Assembly: GCA_027923505.1 (NCBI GenBank)
Contig: BROI01000008.1
Location: 310,001-374,000 of the forward strand
Direction: 5' to 3'
DNA from: Mayamaea pseudoterrestris
Taxonomy: Eukaryota
Length of the DNA stretch: 64,000 bases
The translations under genes were made by a program, and so were the position numbers. The notes beneath the pieces are model-generated. The model was not told the origin of the DNA. It ran no database searches and worked only from the letters and a program-made list of their open reading frames with translations. Shown one piece after another: positions 1-9,750 of this stretch. Every line of letters starts with the position of its first letter. Position 1 is the first letter of the stretch.

Positions 1-2971
1 GGCCCAGGAAACTTACAGTGGGCCGGAGGGGTAGGCGCAACGCTGACAAAGTCTCTTACGGAAGGCGACGCTGCCTTGGCTAGACTTAAGTCGATCGAAC
101 TCGCTGATGCGGTTGCTGAACGCTTGGGCAAGGCCATAGAAGTCAGAAGTGAAGTAGTTGGCGGTCTTGACGGTATCATTGCGAGTGCACTAAGCCAATT
201 AAGAGAAGGCACGATCTATCCGAACAGCACAATTCAAAGAGTGTTGAGCAGCTTGCAACACGGAGCATCGTCAGCAGCAGTTGAATCGCACGAGACTCTA
301 CTTTCGCTCCTTTCCTCACAGAGTGCATATCGCGACGGGGCTCTGCTGCAGATCGAACGGGTCTTGTGCGGTTTGAGTGATCAGTTTGGCGAAAGTTTGT
401 CGCCCAATGACATTTCCAAGATTGCACGCGGCGATGGAGGTACTGCCAAGCTCTTCGAGCCTATCTGTAAGCAGGCATTGTTGCAAATTGATACACAACT
501 AAATTTAGCAGAGTCCAGCATCAGCGATGCGACCGCACTTGGCGTGCTACGTAAAGTGAGGAAAATTACTAGTGGCGACTTGTCGTTGTCATCAATATTG
601 GATGATCTAGTGAACGTCTTAAACGACAAAAGCTTTGTGCAAGCGAGCGAGACGTTCGTCCAACGAAGGTAATTACTATTGCAACGTTAGAAGAGTTTGG
701 TACAGTAGTTTACTCACGTCCCAAAAAAATTTTAATGCGATTTCCAGCGAACAAGTGTTAGATTTTATTGAAGGCGTCTCGGCAAATCAAGCACTTGATG
801 ATGCACTCAAGTTGGCGGAGCGCGCCGGCATTACGAAAACTTCGGTCATAGAGGAGCTTGAAAATGTAGACATAAATGATCTTCTATCCACCGCAGGAAA
901 TGCCGTAACGGATGAAAGTGCCCGTCACAATCTCCTGTCGACGGCCACTGATACTGCACTCGACTTTGTGTTGCGTATCCTGCCGTCCATAAAGTTTCCT
1001 CCATTTGAAGGAGTAAACGATGGTCTTATATACCACATCTCGAATTTGTCCATGAAAGGTTTTAAAGTGAAAAAGGAAGATATACACATTGAGCTTGCTG
1101 GAATGAATGCGACGCGAATACGACGAACGAATAGCGCTAACTTATCTTCCCCAAACAAGAATGGCAAGGTGGAGAGCCACGGTCGAGTCAAGTCCACAGA
1201 AGTCCTTATAATTGATATTCAAAATATATCGGCTGTTCTCGAGGATGCCCAATGGAACTTCGAACAAACTTACATGCCGTATTTGAAGGCGCATGGGTTA
1301 GCGAATATTCGGTTTCATGGAGGCGCCATACGACTGCAATTTGAGCTTCGGCGGCAGCGTACTGAAAGCAATCCGCCAATATGGGAACCGGTTCTTTGCC
1401 TTCATGATCGGCAGTGCACGATCTCGGAGGTGGACCTCACGCTTCAAGGAGAAAGTCGCCTCGCCTGGATCCTCAACAAGGCTGCATCTGTTTTTAAGGG
1501 TCCACTGCGCGACTATATAGTCCGCACAGTCTCCTATATGCTCGTCAGCCAGAGTGGATGGATATTGCAACGCATGAATAGCTTATTAAGTGCGCACTGG
1601 GGCTTGATTCTGCAAACTGCTGGTTTGAAAATGAGTGACTTGGTCGCGGCAGACGAGCGTGTCGTGTCAAAAGAAAGCTTGCAAAAGGAGCAAACGTACT
1701 TTGAGCTTGTATGGAGGGATCATTTACCGCTTGGTATCAACCTGTTGTTAAATGACGAGTCTGGATTCTTGAAAGTGGTGGACTTTCCTCGTGGAAGCCA
1801 AGCAAGGGTCGTCTGCGAAAGAAAAAGACTCGATCCTGACACATTCAAGGGATCTCGCATTGTAGCTGTAAACGGATCTCAACATGGCGGCGATCTCGAA
1901 GATTTGTTTGCAGCTTTAAAAGAACCGGGGCGCCCGAAAACGATTCGCTTCGAAGTGGCCAATCAACAAGAGGCTCAACGGGTCAGAACTTTCGTTTTAG
2001 GAAATGATGAGGTGCCCCCTTATAAAAAATCAACAGCACATGAGACTGTTTCATACGAACTTCGGGATCTCTTATTGTCAGCACTCGATAGTGTTGGCAT
2101 CGCTTTCTGCAGAAGCCTTGATGATGGTTTGGTTGTTGAGAGCTTCTTAGAAGGTGATGGCGGCGTGGTGCTTGCGGCAGAGCGATCTCACCTTGTCAGC
2201 GTCGGCGACTTGTTGGTAAAGATAAACAATACGTTTGTCTCCAGCTTTGCAGACGCGCTTAACACTTTAGAAGCAGCAGATCAGCACCGACCAATGACTT
2301 TGTCGTTCGCAGACCCCTATCTACACTCAAAGGAAATATTACGGCCTATTGATGGTGCTGGTGGTGGTGATGAGCTCACACTTTCCCGAAAAGGGAAAAA
2401 AATAATCATTAGCGGATTTAAGAACATCAGTGGCAAAGCCGAGCGATCCGGAATAATGATCGGGGACTTTTTAGTGTTTGTTAACGGCCATGCCGTCGGC
2501 GCCGGATGCCGTTGGCTAGATATCCAGCCAATGCCAACGTTAGCTGAAGTCAAGCGAATGATCGTGGAACAGGCGGCCCATCCCATGGGTCTGACTTTCG
2601 CACGACCTACGCGAGAGCGGGATACTCTGGGACTTTTCCGTGACGATGAGGCGGAGACTATTTGCGTAACTTTGGATCGACCAGACGAGCTAGGATGTGT
2701 CATCCAGCAGACTAAAACTCATGATATAGTTGTCGCGGATTTCCAGGGTGTACCTGGAAACCTCCAAACTGCTTTGCGACCTTTCGCGACTGGCCTGTCG
2801 ATTCAAGCAATCAATGGGCAAGCTCTTCCTTCGTACGCATCAGAGGAAATGGTCAAAAGCGCAATAAGTCGAAGCTGGAAAGTTGACGGCAAAGTTGAAC
2901 TTTGGCTTTGCAATGACCAGCTCAAAGACTGGCTACAAAATCACGGAAAAGAGGTTGTAACTAACAAATGA
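1..2971 (+). CDS. 5'-truncated large protein: helical region, HAM1-like/TULIP (BPI-like) domain, then several PDZ-like domains; intron 669-747
   Basis: Frame is open from base 1. A GT..TACTCAC..CAG intron at 669-747 joins ORF 76-672 to ORF 635-2971 in frame. 'LPSIKFPPFEG..YHISNL..W.FEQTYMPYLK..G.A' resembles a HAM1/TULIP beta-wrap. 'PLGINL', 'VGDLLVKINN' and 'IGDFLVFVNG' are PDZ-like. Confidence 0.6.
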
Positions 2972-2996
2972 TGATAAATGCAAACGTATCAGTTAG

Positions 2997-5066
2997 TTAG
3001 TCGTCATCGTCATTGCTATCCGAGTCGACTGCCTCCATCTGCTGTGCTTTCCATTTTGCAGCCATCTCGAGAATCTTGAAGTTTCCTGCTGTCGCTGTTT
3101 CGTCATCCGGAAATTGATAATCAAAATACTCTTCCCACCCCAAATCAATTCCTTGCTCGTTCTCCTGCATACGCTTTCTCTTAATGCGACGTGGCATCTT
3201 TGCTTCTACAATAGAAAGATGTTCAGTATCACCGTGTGACTTCTCCATGACTCGCCACGCATCGAGTAATAAAACGCGCTCTTCACTAAGATTCTCCCGC
3301 TTGAGCTGCTCGTAAGCTTTGATGAATTCTTCACGCGCTGATTTGATGCCACGACCTAATGGCGACGTTTCAAACTGAGCGAATGATATCCACGCCTTAA
3401 CATGCCCCGTCGTCTCGATCAAACGCTGAAACAATGATCGAGCTTTCTCAGCCTCTTTTTCTTCTATTTCAAAATCAATGTAACATTTCCAAAGCAACTC
3501 TGGCATATCAAGTGAAGTCTGCGCAATGGCGAGTTCGTAAATGGACCTAGCCCTGTCTGTCTCGCCAAGCGATTGTTCTAGGTTTGCGTAGCTTGTCCAT
3601 GCCTTACACACGTGCGCAAAAGACTTTATATAGTTGCCGTATAGCATGCGGCATCGATCAATCTCACCCAAGGCCAATTCTAGGGCAATGTATTCAGTAA
3701 AAATTTTCTCTTTAGCGCAGAGACCTATTGCCCTCCCCAAAAGCTTGCGGGCTGCCGCTAAATCTCGTCTCCTGACAAACAACTTGGCTGCCAGGACCCA
3801 AATCTTGGCAAATGAAAACGAATTGTGAGGAATTGTCGCAAGGCACTGCGCGTAAACCTTTGTGGCCGCCTCTGAATTATGCGCAACGACCTCCTCGAAA
3901 ACAGCTAGAAAAATCCACAGGTAAATATACCGCTTCCAGTGCTCCTTTTGATCGGAGAGTGGCATGTTTAATACAGCGCGACTGTAAGTTGCTCTGACCG
4001 AATCAAAATCGCCTCGCTCTTCCTCCACTTTTGCCAGATCAAACCATGTATCATAGTCGTAGGGATTGTCGTTCAACACTGCTTTATATTGAGCTCGTTG
4101 CTTAGATAAAATTACATCCTCGATAATCTCGCGATCGCCATGTTTCTTCTCAAATGCAACGTACGACTTGTAAAGGTCTTCGCGCTTGCTCTTCTCATGT
4201 TCGCTCAACTCTGCTCGCTCGTCCATGGACATTTGACCGTCGCCGAGCTTAAGGAGCTTAACCGCATGCTTGTAAAGAATACGCGCCCGTTCAGGCTCGC
4301 CTTGACGCTCCTCAAACGAAGCAAACTGCTTGAAAACTCTCGCTTGCCGCGACTCTTCGGGTTCTAATTCCGAAAGACACGACTCGAATATCTGTCTCGC
4401 TAGCGACACGTTCATGGCTTCAAACTCGGCCCACTTGGCAAAGCGTAACATGGCTCGAGCCGACGTGTACGTGTTGACATAACGCCGCATGACAACCTCC
4501 GCTCGATCGAGATGACCGCATCTTGTTTCGAATCTCGTGTAGCTCAAGTAGGCATTGTCGTCGGGATTCCACTGCATCCACCGCTCAAAGACGGTTCGAC
4601 ACTTGGGTATGTCACCCACCATTTCCTCAAGGAATACGTACTTGTACCAGAGAAAGTCGACCCTGGGAAGAATTTGAACGGCACGATCAAGAATATTTCG
4701 CGCGTGATTAACAAACTCGTTTCGCATTTCAAACTCGGCGTAGCGAAGCCAGAGTTCCGAGGAGCGGTGGTCCACCTCTAGTGCTCGTTCGAATACGGAC
4801 CTGGCTCTTTCGAATTCCTTATTGTCTTCCTCGAAACGAGCATATTTGACCCAGTTCCCCATGTCTTCTCTTCGATAACGAATATTGTCTTCATAGTGCT
4901 TGCGCCGCTCGCTTAAATGAGCTTGGTATTCCTCGCGATCGTGAATCTTGACAACGGGTTCAACCACTACATCCTGCTGTCGATCCGAAGCTTCGCGAAC
5001 AATTTGTTCCGATGTGATCTGAATGGATGCGGCCGCTCGATTCTTGACTTGATTGGAACGAGACAT
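2997..5066 (-). CDS. CRNKL1: Crooked neck / CLF1 / SYF3 HAT-repeat splicing factor
   Basis: N-terminal 'VKNRAAASIQITSEQIVREA', HAT repeats ('ARSVFERALEVD', 'LWLRYAEFEMRN') and C-terminal 'WEEYFDYQFPDD..KILEMAAKWK'. Start placed at ATG 5066. Confidence 0.95.
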   Translation of the reverse strand: MSRSNQVKNRAAASIQITSEQIVREASDRQQDVVVEPVVKIHDREEYQAHLSERRKHYEDNIRYRREDMGNWVKYARFEEDNKEFERARSVFERALEVDHRSSELWLRYAEFEMRNEFVNHARNILDRAVQILPRVDFLWYKYVFLEEMVGDIPKCRTVFERWMQWNPDDNAYLSYTRFETRCGHLDRAEVVMRRYVNTYTSARAMLRFAKWAEFEAMNVSLARQIFESCLSELEPEESRQARVFKQFASFEERQGEPERARILYKHAVKLLKLGDGQMSMDERAELSEHEKSKREDLYKSYVAFEKKHGDREIIEDVILSKQRAQYKAVLNDNPYDYDTWFDLAKVEEERGDFDSVRATYSRAVLNMPLSDQKEHWKRYIYLWIFLAVFEEVVAHNSEAATKVYAQCLATIPHNSFSFAKIWVLAAKLFVRRRDLAAARKLLGRAIGLCAKEKIFTEYIALELALGEIDRCRMLYGNYIKSFAHVCKAWTSYANLEQSLGETDRARSIYELAIAQTSLDMPELLWKCYIDFEIEEKEAEKARSLFQRLIETTGHVKAWISFAQFETSPLGRGIKSAREEFIKAYEQLKRENLSEERVLLLDAWRVMEKSHGDTEHLSIVEAKMPRRIKRKRMQENEQGIDLGWEEYFDYQFPDDETATAGNFKILEMAAKWKAQQMEAVDSDSNDDDD

Positions 5067-5320
5067 GGTAATGTGAATGTAGTGTATGCACAGCTCAGAG
5101 TAAAAAATGGACTTGTGGCATGCGGCGAGGAAAAGTTTGAAACTCATGGTGGAGAGCACTGTTAAGTGTCGGTTGTATGTCGCACCGGATCTCATTATCA
5201 ACACGTTCTACCACGACCAGCTACTCGTACGCGGTATCTTCCATGCAAGACAAGGTTACAAAATCGCACTGAGTATTGTATCATAGTCATTATGTAACAA
5301 TATTTTTGCTTTCCTAACCA

Positions 5321-6025
5321 TTAGTTTATCAAAGCGTCACCCGTCGCCGCTGTTCGCACGTCTCCACTTGCATATCTCCAAACGCCGTCGTTGCTTTTCA
5401 GAAACAAAGACTTTTCAGCGATGACACTCTCCTTTCCCGACAGATAATCACTGCCACCTTGATTCTTGTCTCTTAGTCGCACCTTAAATTCGATTGCCCC
5501 AGTGTCACCGTCGAAATGTTCCTTACCATGTTCCAAACCAACGAACTCGAACGAGTCAAACATGCCGTTGCGATGTAGCGACCTGGCCCAACCTATCTTG
5601 TCAGTTTGGTAGTCTCGACAAGTTGAATGCGTTGTGGAAATCACGTAGGGAATGAGTCGATAGGCGAAGGCAGAGTATCGCGAGCGTAAAACATCCAAAG
5701 GCCTTGTACAATTGCGAGCGCCAAGGTGGAATAATTGACAGCAATCCTTGTAAAGGGTTCGAGGATCTGTAGTACCATCATCAGCGTCGTTCAAAAACCT
5801 GCATGGACATGGGAGTGATTCAGCATTGTCGGGTAGACGTGTTCGTAAGTCCTTGACAACGTCGGCGAAGGTGAGTGGAGCCGACCCAAAGCCCTTTGGT
5901 GTGCTGGCCGTCTTTTTGGTTGGCTTTCTCTTGGCAGCGAAAGCATGGCTACATGTGAATAGAAGGGTTATCCTCAGCACTGCTATAAGGAAGTTTGTGT
6001 TTCGAGGTCCATTGCTGCGTTCCAT
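5321..6025 (-). CDS. YchJ-like (CPC..CC + NTF2-like) protein, probably plastid-targeted
   Basis: 'PCPC..YKDCC..H', 'LRSRYSAFA' and 'EKSLF..WRYASGD' match YchJ family motifs. Signal peptide ends 'SHA-FAA'. Confidence 0.8.
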   Translation of the reverse strand: MERSNGPRNTNFLIAVLRITLLFTCSHAFAAKRKPTKKTASTPKGFGSAPLTFADVVKDLRTRLPDNAESLPCPCRFLNDADDGTTDPRTLYKDCCQLFHLGARNCTRPLDVLRSRYSAFAYRLIPYVISTTHSTCRDYQTDKIGWARSLHRNGMFDSFEFVGLEHGKEHFDGDTGAIEFKVRLRDKNQGGSDYLSGKESVIAEKSLFLKSNDGVWRYASGDVRTAATGDALIN

Positions 6026-6243
6026 GCTGTTTGATGACGCTATTGTAATAGATGAGGTGTGATGAGGTGTGCCGTTTCGAAGCGCCAACGCTGAAATAAA
6101 TGACTGGCTTGGCAAGGCAATAATAGAGGATCAGCAATGAATGACTCTACGTGTCGTTCGGGACTCACTCGATGGGCGGAAGATCCACGCATTCACAGTC
6201 CATCAGCTTCCCGCCATTGCAATTTGACGTCCCTTGATTCATC

Positions 6244-7851
6244 ATGCGTAACATCCATCTCCTTGTCGCAATACAAATTGTAGTCTCTTCTTGGAGCTTT
6301 CAATCAGCAAGCAAAAGTGCTAAACCATTCACACTGCTGTCGGCCACTACCAAATCATCAACGTCCACCTCACGACGGATCCGCATTTCATCCTTGACGG
6401 AATGGGCGAAACAAGTCAAAGTTCGAGTGACAAACAACATTGAACTCCAGAATGACAATGCTGCAGGTCTAGGATGGTTTGCTGGAGCCTCAAGCAAGCT
6501 TCCGGCAGCTTCAATCCTCCTGACAGTACCTGCAACAGTGGCTCTAACTGTCGAGTCGCCTGGATCAGGTTCAGACGATACGTCTGTCAACGAACTGCTC
6601 GGCAACGACAAAGACGAAATGCCTTGGTATATCCAAATGGCAATCTACCTGCACAAGCTCGATCACATCGACAGCCGAAAGAACAGCCAAGGGTTGGACA
6701 TGCGCCCGTGGCTCGACTCCTTGCCAAGAGCATTAAATACGCCAATCCACTGGACAAACCTCAAAGAGTTGCAATATGAATACATGGATCAAACTGTGCA
6801 ACGTCAGGAAAGAGAGTGGAAGAGATACTATCGCCAATTATCACCAAGTCTCTCAACGTTAACGTGGGATTCATTTTTATGGGCAACCGATATGGCCAGG
6901 TCTCGCGCCTTTTCAGGTGCCTATACTGGTTCCGCATTCAATCCTCTGATTTATGCATTCACGCTGTTATTGGTGACGATATACGTGGGTATGGGACTAG
7001 GTACACTGGAGCAAGCCGCCAATGGTGCGGGTGTTGTTGTATGTGCCAGTATCCTACGCGATTTTGTGATACCAAAACTTACAAAAACCAGGAGATACGT
7101 TATCTGTCCCATGATTGACATGACGAACCATCAGTCTATGCAGTCACAAGCTCTAGTATCGTTCGAATATTTCGAAAACGCTTACAGCTTGGCCTTGGAT
7201 GCCTCATCTCAAGTTGTGCCCGGAGATCAAGTGTACATTTCTTACGGAACACGGTCAAACGACCAATTACTACAATATTATGGATTTGTGGAAGTTGATA
7301 ACCCGCATGATGTATATGTCATGCCACCGCTGCGAGACTGGGATGTTCAAGCGCTTGAATCGGCATGTGGACGCACATTTGCCGATGGTCGACTGCTTCG
7401 ATTAGATCGAGCTGGACTTCTAGGAGGCGTCACCAACGTGGTCATGGGTAGAAGTGACAGTACAGTAGCGCGGCAACGAGCAAGTGATGATGAAGTGGCA
7501 AATCAAGCTGGTGGAGTCGTCGTGACGCGGATGACGGGGTTGGATCCTGCGGTTCTACAAGCACTGCGGGCGCTCGTATCAACCGAGCGAGAATGGCAGG
7601 ACGCTGGATCGGCAGTGGGCAATTTTTGCGAAAAAGTGTCTGACGAAAACGAAGCCTGCGCAAGGGCAGCTGCTCGGAAAGCCATGGAGTTGGAGCTTGC
7701 GTCTAAACCAACGACGCTCGAACACGACCTGGCACTTGCGAAGCATATGTCAAGTCGCCAAAGCCTTGATGCTAGTGAGGAAGATAAGCTTGCGGTACTC
7801 TTTCGAATAGAGAAGAAGAAGGTGCTAATTAATGCCATCGAAAGGTTATAA
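6244..7851 (+). CDS. Rubisco LSMT-like SET-domain lysine methyltransferase, probably plastid-targeted
   Basis: 'SRAF', 'PMIDMTNH', 'YISYG..SNDQLLQYYGF' and an LSMT substrate-binding C-terminus ('PTTLEHD..FRIEKKKVL'). Signal peptide ends 'SWS-F'. Confidence 0.85.
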   Translation: MRNIHLLVAIQIVVSSWSFQSASKSAKPFTLLSATTKSSTSTSRRIRISSLTEWAKQVKVRVTNNIELQNDNAAGLGWFAGASSKLPAASILLTVPATVALTVESPGSGSDDTSVNELLGNDKDEMPWYIQMAIYLHKLDHIDSRKNSQGLDMRPWLDSLPRALNTPIHWTNLKELQYEYMDQTVQRQEREWKRYYRQLSPSLSTLTWDSFLWATDMARSRAFSGAYTGSAFNPLIYAFTLLLVTIYVGMGLGTLEQAANGAGVVVCASILRDFVIPKLTKTRRYVICPMIDMTNHQSMQSQALVSFEYFENAYSLALDASSQVVPGDQVYISYGTRSNDQLLQYYGFVEVDNPHDVYVMPPLRDWDVQALESACGRTFADGRLLRLDRAGLLGGVTNVVMGRSDSTVARQRASDDEVANQAGGVVVTRMTGLDPAVLQALRALVSTEREWQDAGSAVGNFCEKVSDENEACARAAARKAMELELASKPTTLEHDLALAKHMSSRQSLDASEEDKLAVLFRIEKKKVLINAIERL

Positions 7852-7866
7852 GGTGTTCTTGTTGTT

Positions 7867-9241
7867 TTATATGTTTGTCTTGGCTCCGTTCTTTGCGTTC
7901 CCGTTGAGCGAAATATATTTCTGTAGTCGCGGCACCATCAAACTTCCCACAATAAGTTGCATGGGATGTATAAACATGATTGGTGCGCAGTAAGCAGCCA
8001 AGTTGGGACTTCCTTCGAAAATGGTATTAACCAGCGGCAAGCCAAATGCCAATGTCTTTTGCGACGCGCAGAAGGCTGCCGCAACAACTTCATCTCGCTT
8101 ATATCCGAGTTTGTGAAAGATGGCCAGCAAGGCCAAAAGCGAGAAACTGTGCACGGTAGGCAGTACGACCAATAAGCCGAGGCCATGCTTCAGCTCCAGT
8201 CCTATGCTCTCTGAAAAGGCGGTACAAAAAGCATTCCAAAGTATACTCAACAGGATAAACTCTTGAAGGCGCTTAAACAAGTTGCCATGGGCGTCGCAAA
8301 ATGATTTAATAGGTGTCGCACGCAGTGCTTGGCCAACAATAACTGGCAGTAAGACTTTATTGGAGAGTTTGAACAGCATGTCGAGAAAGGGCAGTTGAAT
8401 GTGCGAGCCAAAAAAGTGAAAGAGCAAAGCTGGCGTGAGGAAAATGCCAGCCAAGTTGGAGAGCACGGCGTTACAAAGGGCCGTCGCAATGCTCCCTCCC
8501 GCCGTCGAGGTTAGAATGACACACATGTTCACCGTGGTCGGCAGTGACATCATGATTAGAACTCCATCCAGAAGCTGATGAATATAAAAATGAATGAATG
8601 AATGAATGAATGAATGAGTGAGTGATTGATTGGACGAGTATAAACAGATACTGATTAAACAAATGGGCACTTACCGGCTTGGGAAAAAAGTTAAGTGAGG
8701 AGAGTCCTTTGGTGAGAGGTAGTCCAATACCAAATGGCCAGATTGCGAAAAGTACAAACTGCACTATAGCATTGAGCTTGACGTTGGAAAAGGCTCGGGT
8801 CAGTTGCGAGAGCTCAAGGGAGAGTCCTGAAAGAAAAAAGACGAGCATAACGCCAAACTTGCCAATGAATAGCTCGGGTCGAAGCACGCCACCGTTCGTC
8901 CCGAGCGACGGAAAGAGTCGGGCCATGGCGACTGCAACAAACATGCCAACGAGGAACAAGTACTTGCTGCAAAACTTTTTAATCTCGCCAAAAGACATGG
9001 AAGCATCGCCGCCGTTTGGTAACGATAGCGCGGCATCGAGACTAGTGAGTTTGTTGAGTGGGATGTGGTGATTGATCGGAACATCGGTCGCACGTCGTTG
9101 ATTCGCACCAGGCCGAATCGTTTTTGCGAGCGACGACGTGATACTGTAGGAGTACAAGCTACTGCATTGAATACAGAATATCAATATTGCAAAGAGCACG
9201 AGCCGCAACTGGCTGTGACCACGACGAGCAATTGAACGCAT
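7867..9241 (-). CDS. Sodium/bile-acid symporter family (SLC10A7/BASS4-like) transporter; intron 8575-8674
   Basis: 'FFLSGLSL', '[21 protein letters not shown]', '[10 protein letters not shown]' and 'HPMQL'. A phase-0 GTAAGT..CAG intron joins the two ORFs in frame. Confidence 0.9.
8589..8632. repeat. (TGAA)n microsatellite decaying into TGAG/TGAT, inside the transporter intron
   Basis: About six perfect TGAA units followed by TGAG x2 and TGAT x2. Confidence 0.9.
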
Positions 9242-9451
9242 GGTCGTGCTGTCAAGCTGGGTGCTATAGTTAAAGATTGTGTGATGCCGACGAAGATTTT
9301 TCACTGTCAAGTCGTGGATTGGGCGGCGCAGCTGACGTCATTAGAAAAGTACTTTGCACTACAGAGCGAGGTTACTGTGCAATGAGGTGTAGTTCTCTCC
9401 AAATTCGATTCCAGCTCCCTCTGTCGCTGATAATAACGCAACGGTACTTGA

Positions 9452-9574
9452 GTACACTTTACGCTATAGTGCCAAAAATTTCGATTTATTTCAAAGTTAT
9501 TGGCAGTACATTTTACACCACAGTGCCAAAAACTTTGATTTTCAAAGTTTTTGGCTGTACACTTTACGCTATAG
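9452..9574. repeat. Tandem repeat (units 54 and 51 bp plus an 18-bp partial unit), each full unit carrying an inverted repeat
   Basis: GTACACTTTACGCTATAG is identical at 9452-9469 and 9557-9574 and degenerate at 9506. Perfect 14-bp inverted repeat GCCAAAAACTTTGA-TTT-TCAAAGTTTTTGGC at 9525-9555. Confidence 0.9.
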
Positions 9575-9750
9575 GTTTATAGCGGTGCGACATTTTAGCG
9601 TGAACAAGCGACGGACGAAATCTTGGGACGGAAATCCAAAGGCGCTCTCGCCTCTCGCGCCCCATCAAGACTCTCTACCGTATACAACTTTACACCATGC
9701 ACCTCTTACTTATTGAAAGTCTGGTAAGGCGTCAGATTGTCGCATTTTAG

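Noticed and set aside
8471..8670. Overlapping ORFs suggesting a frameshift in the transporter ('[11 protein letters not shown]')
   Set aside because: Explained by a canonical 100-bp intron containing the microsatellite.
9452..9574. CRISPR-like array (palindromic repeats with spacers)
   Set aside because: Only two palindromic units, the 'spacers' are copies of each other, and no cas genes are present. The neighbouring 'Cas1p' is a capsule O-acetyltransferase unrelated to CRISPR Cas1.
9697..9750. Upstream exon MHLLLIESL with a 27-nt GT-AG intron in frame with the acetyltransferase
   Set aside because: 27 nt is far shorter than every other intron here (69 bp or more) and no other nearby in-phase acceptor was found. 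Unresolved without transcripts.
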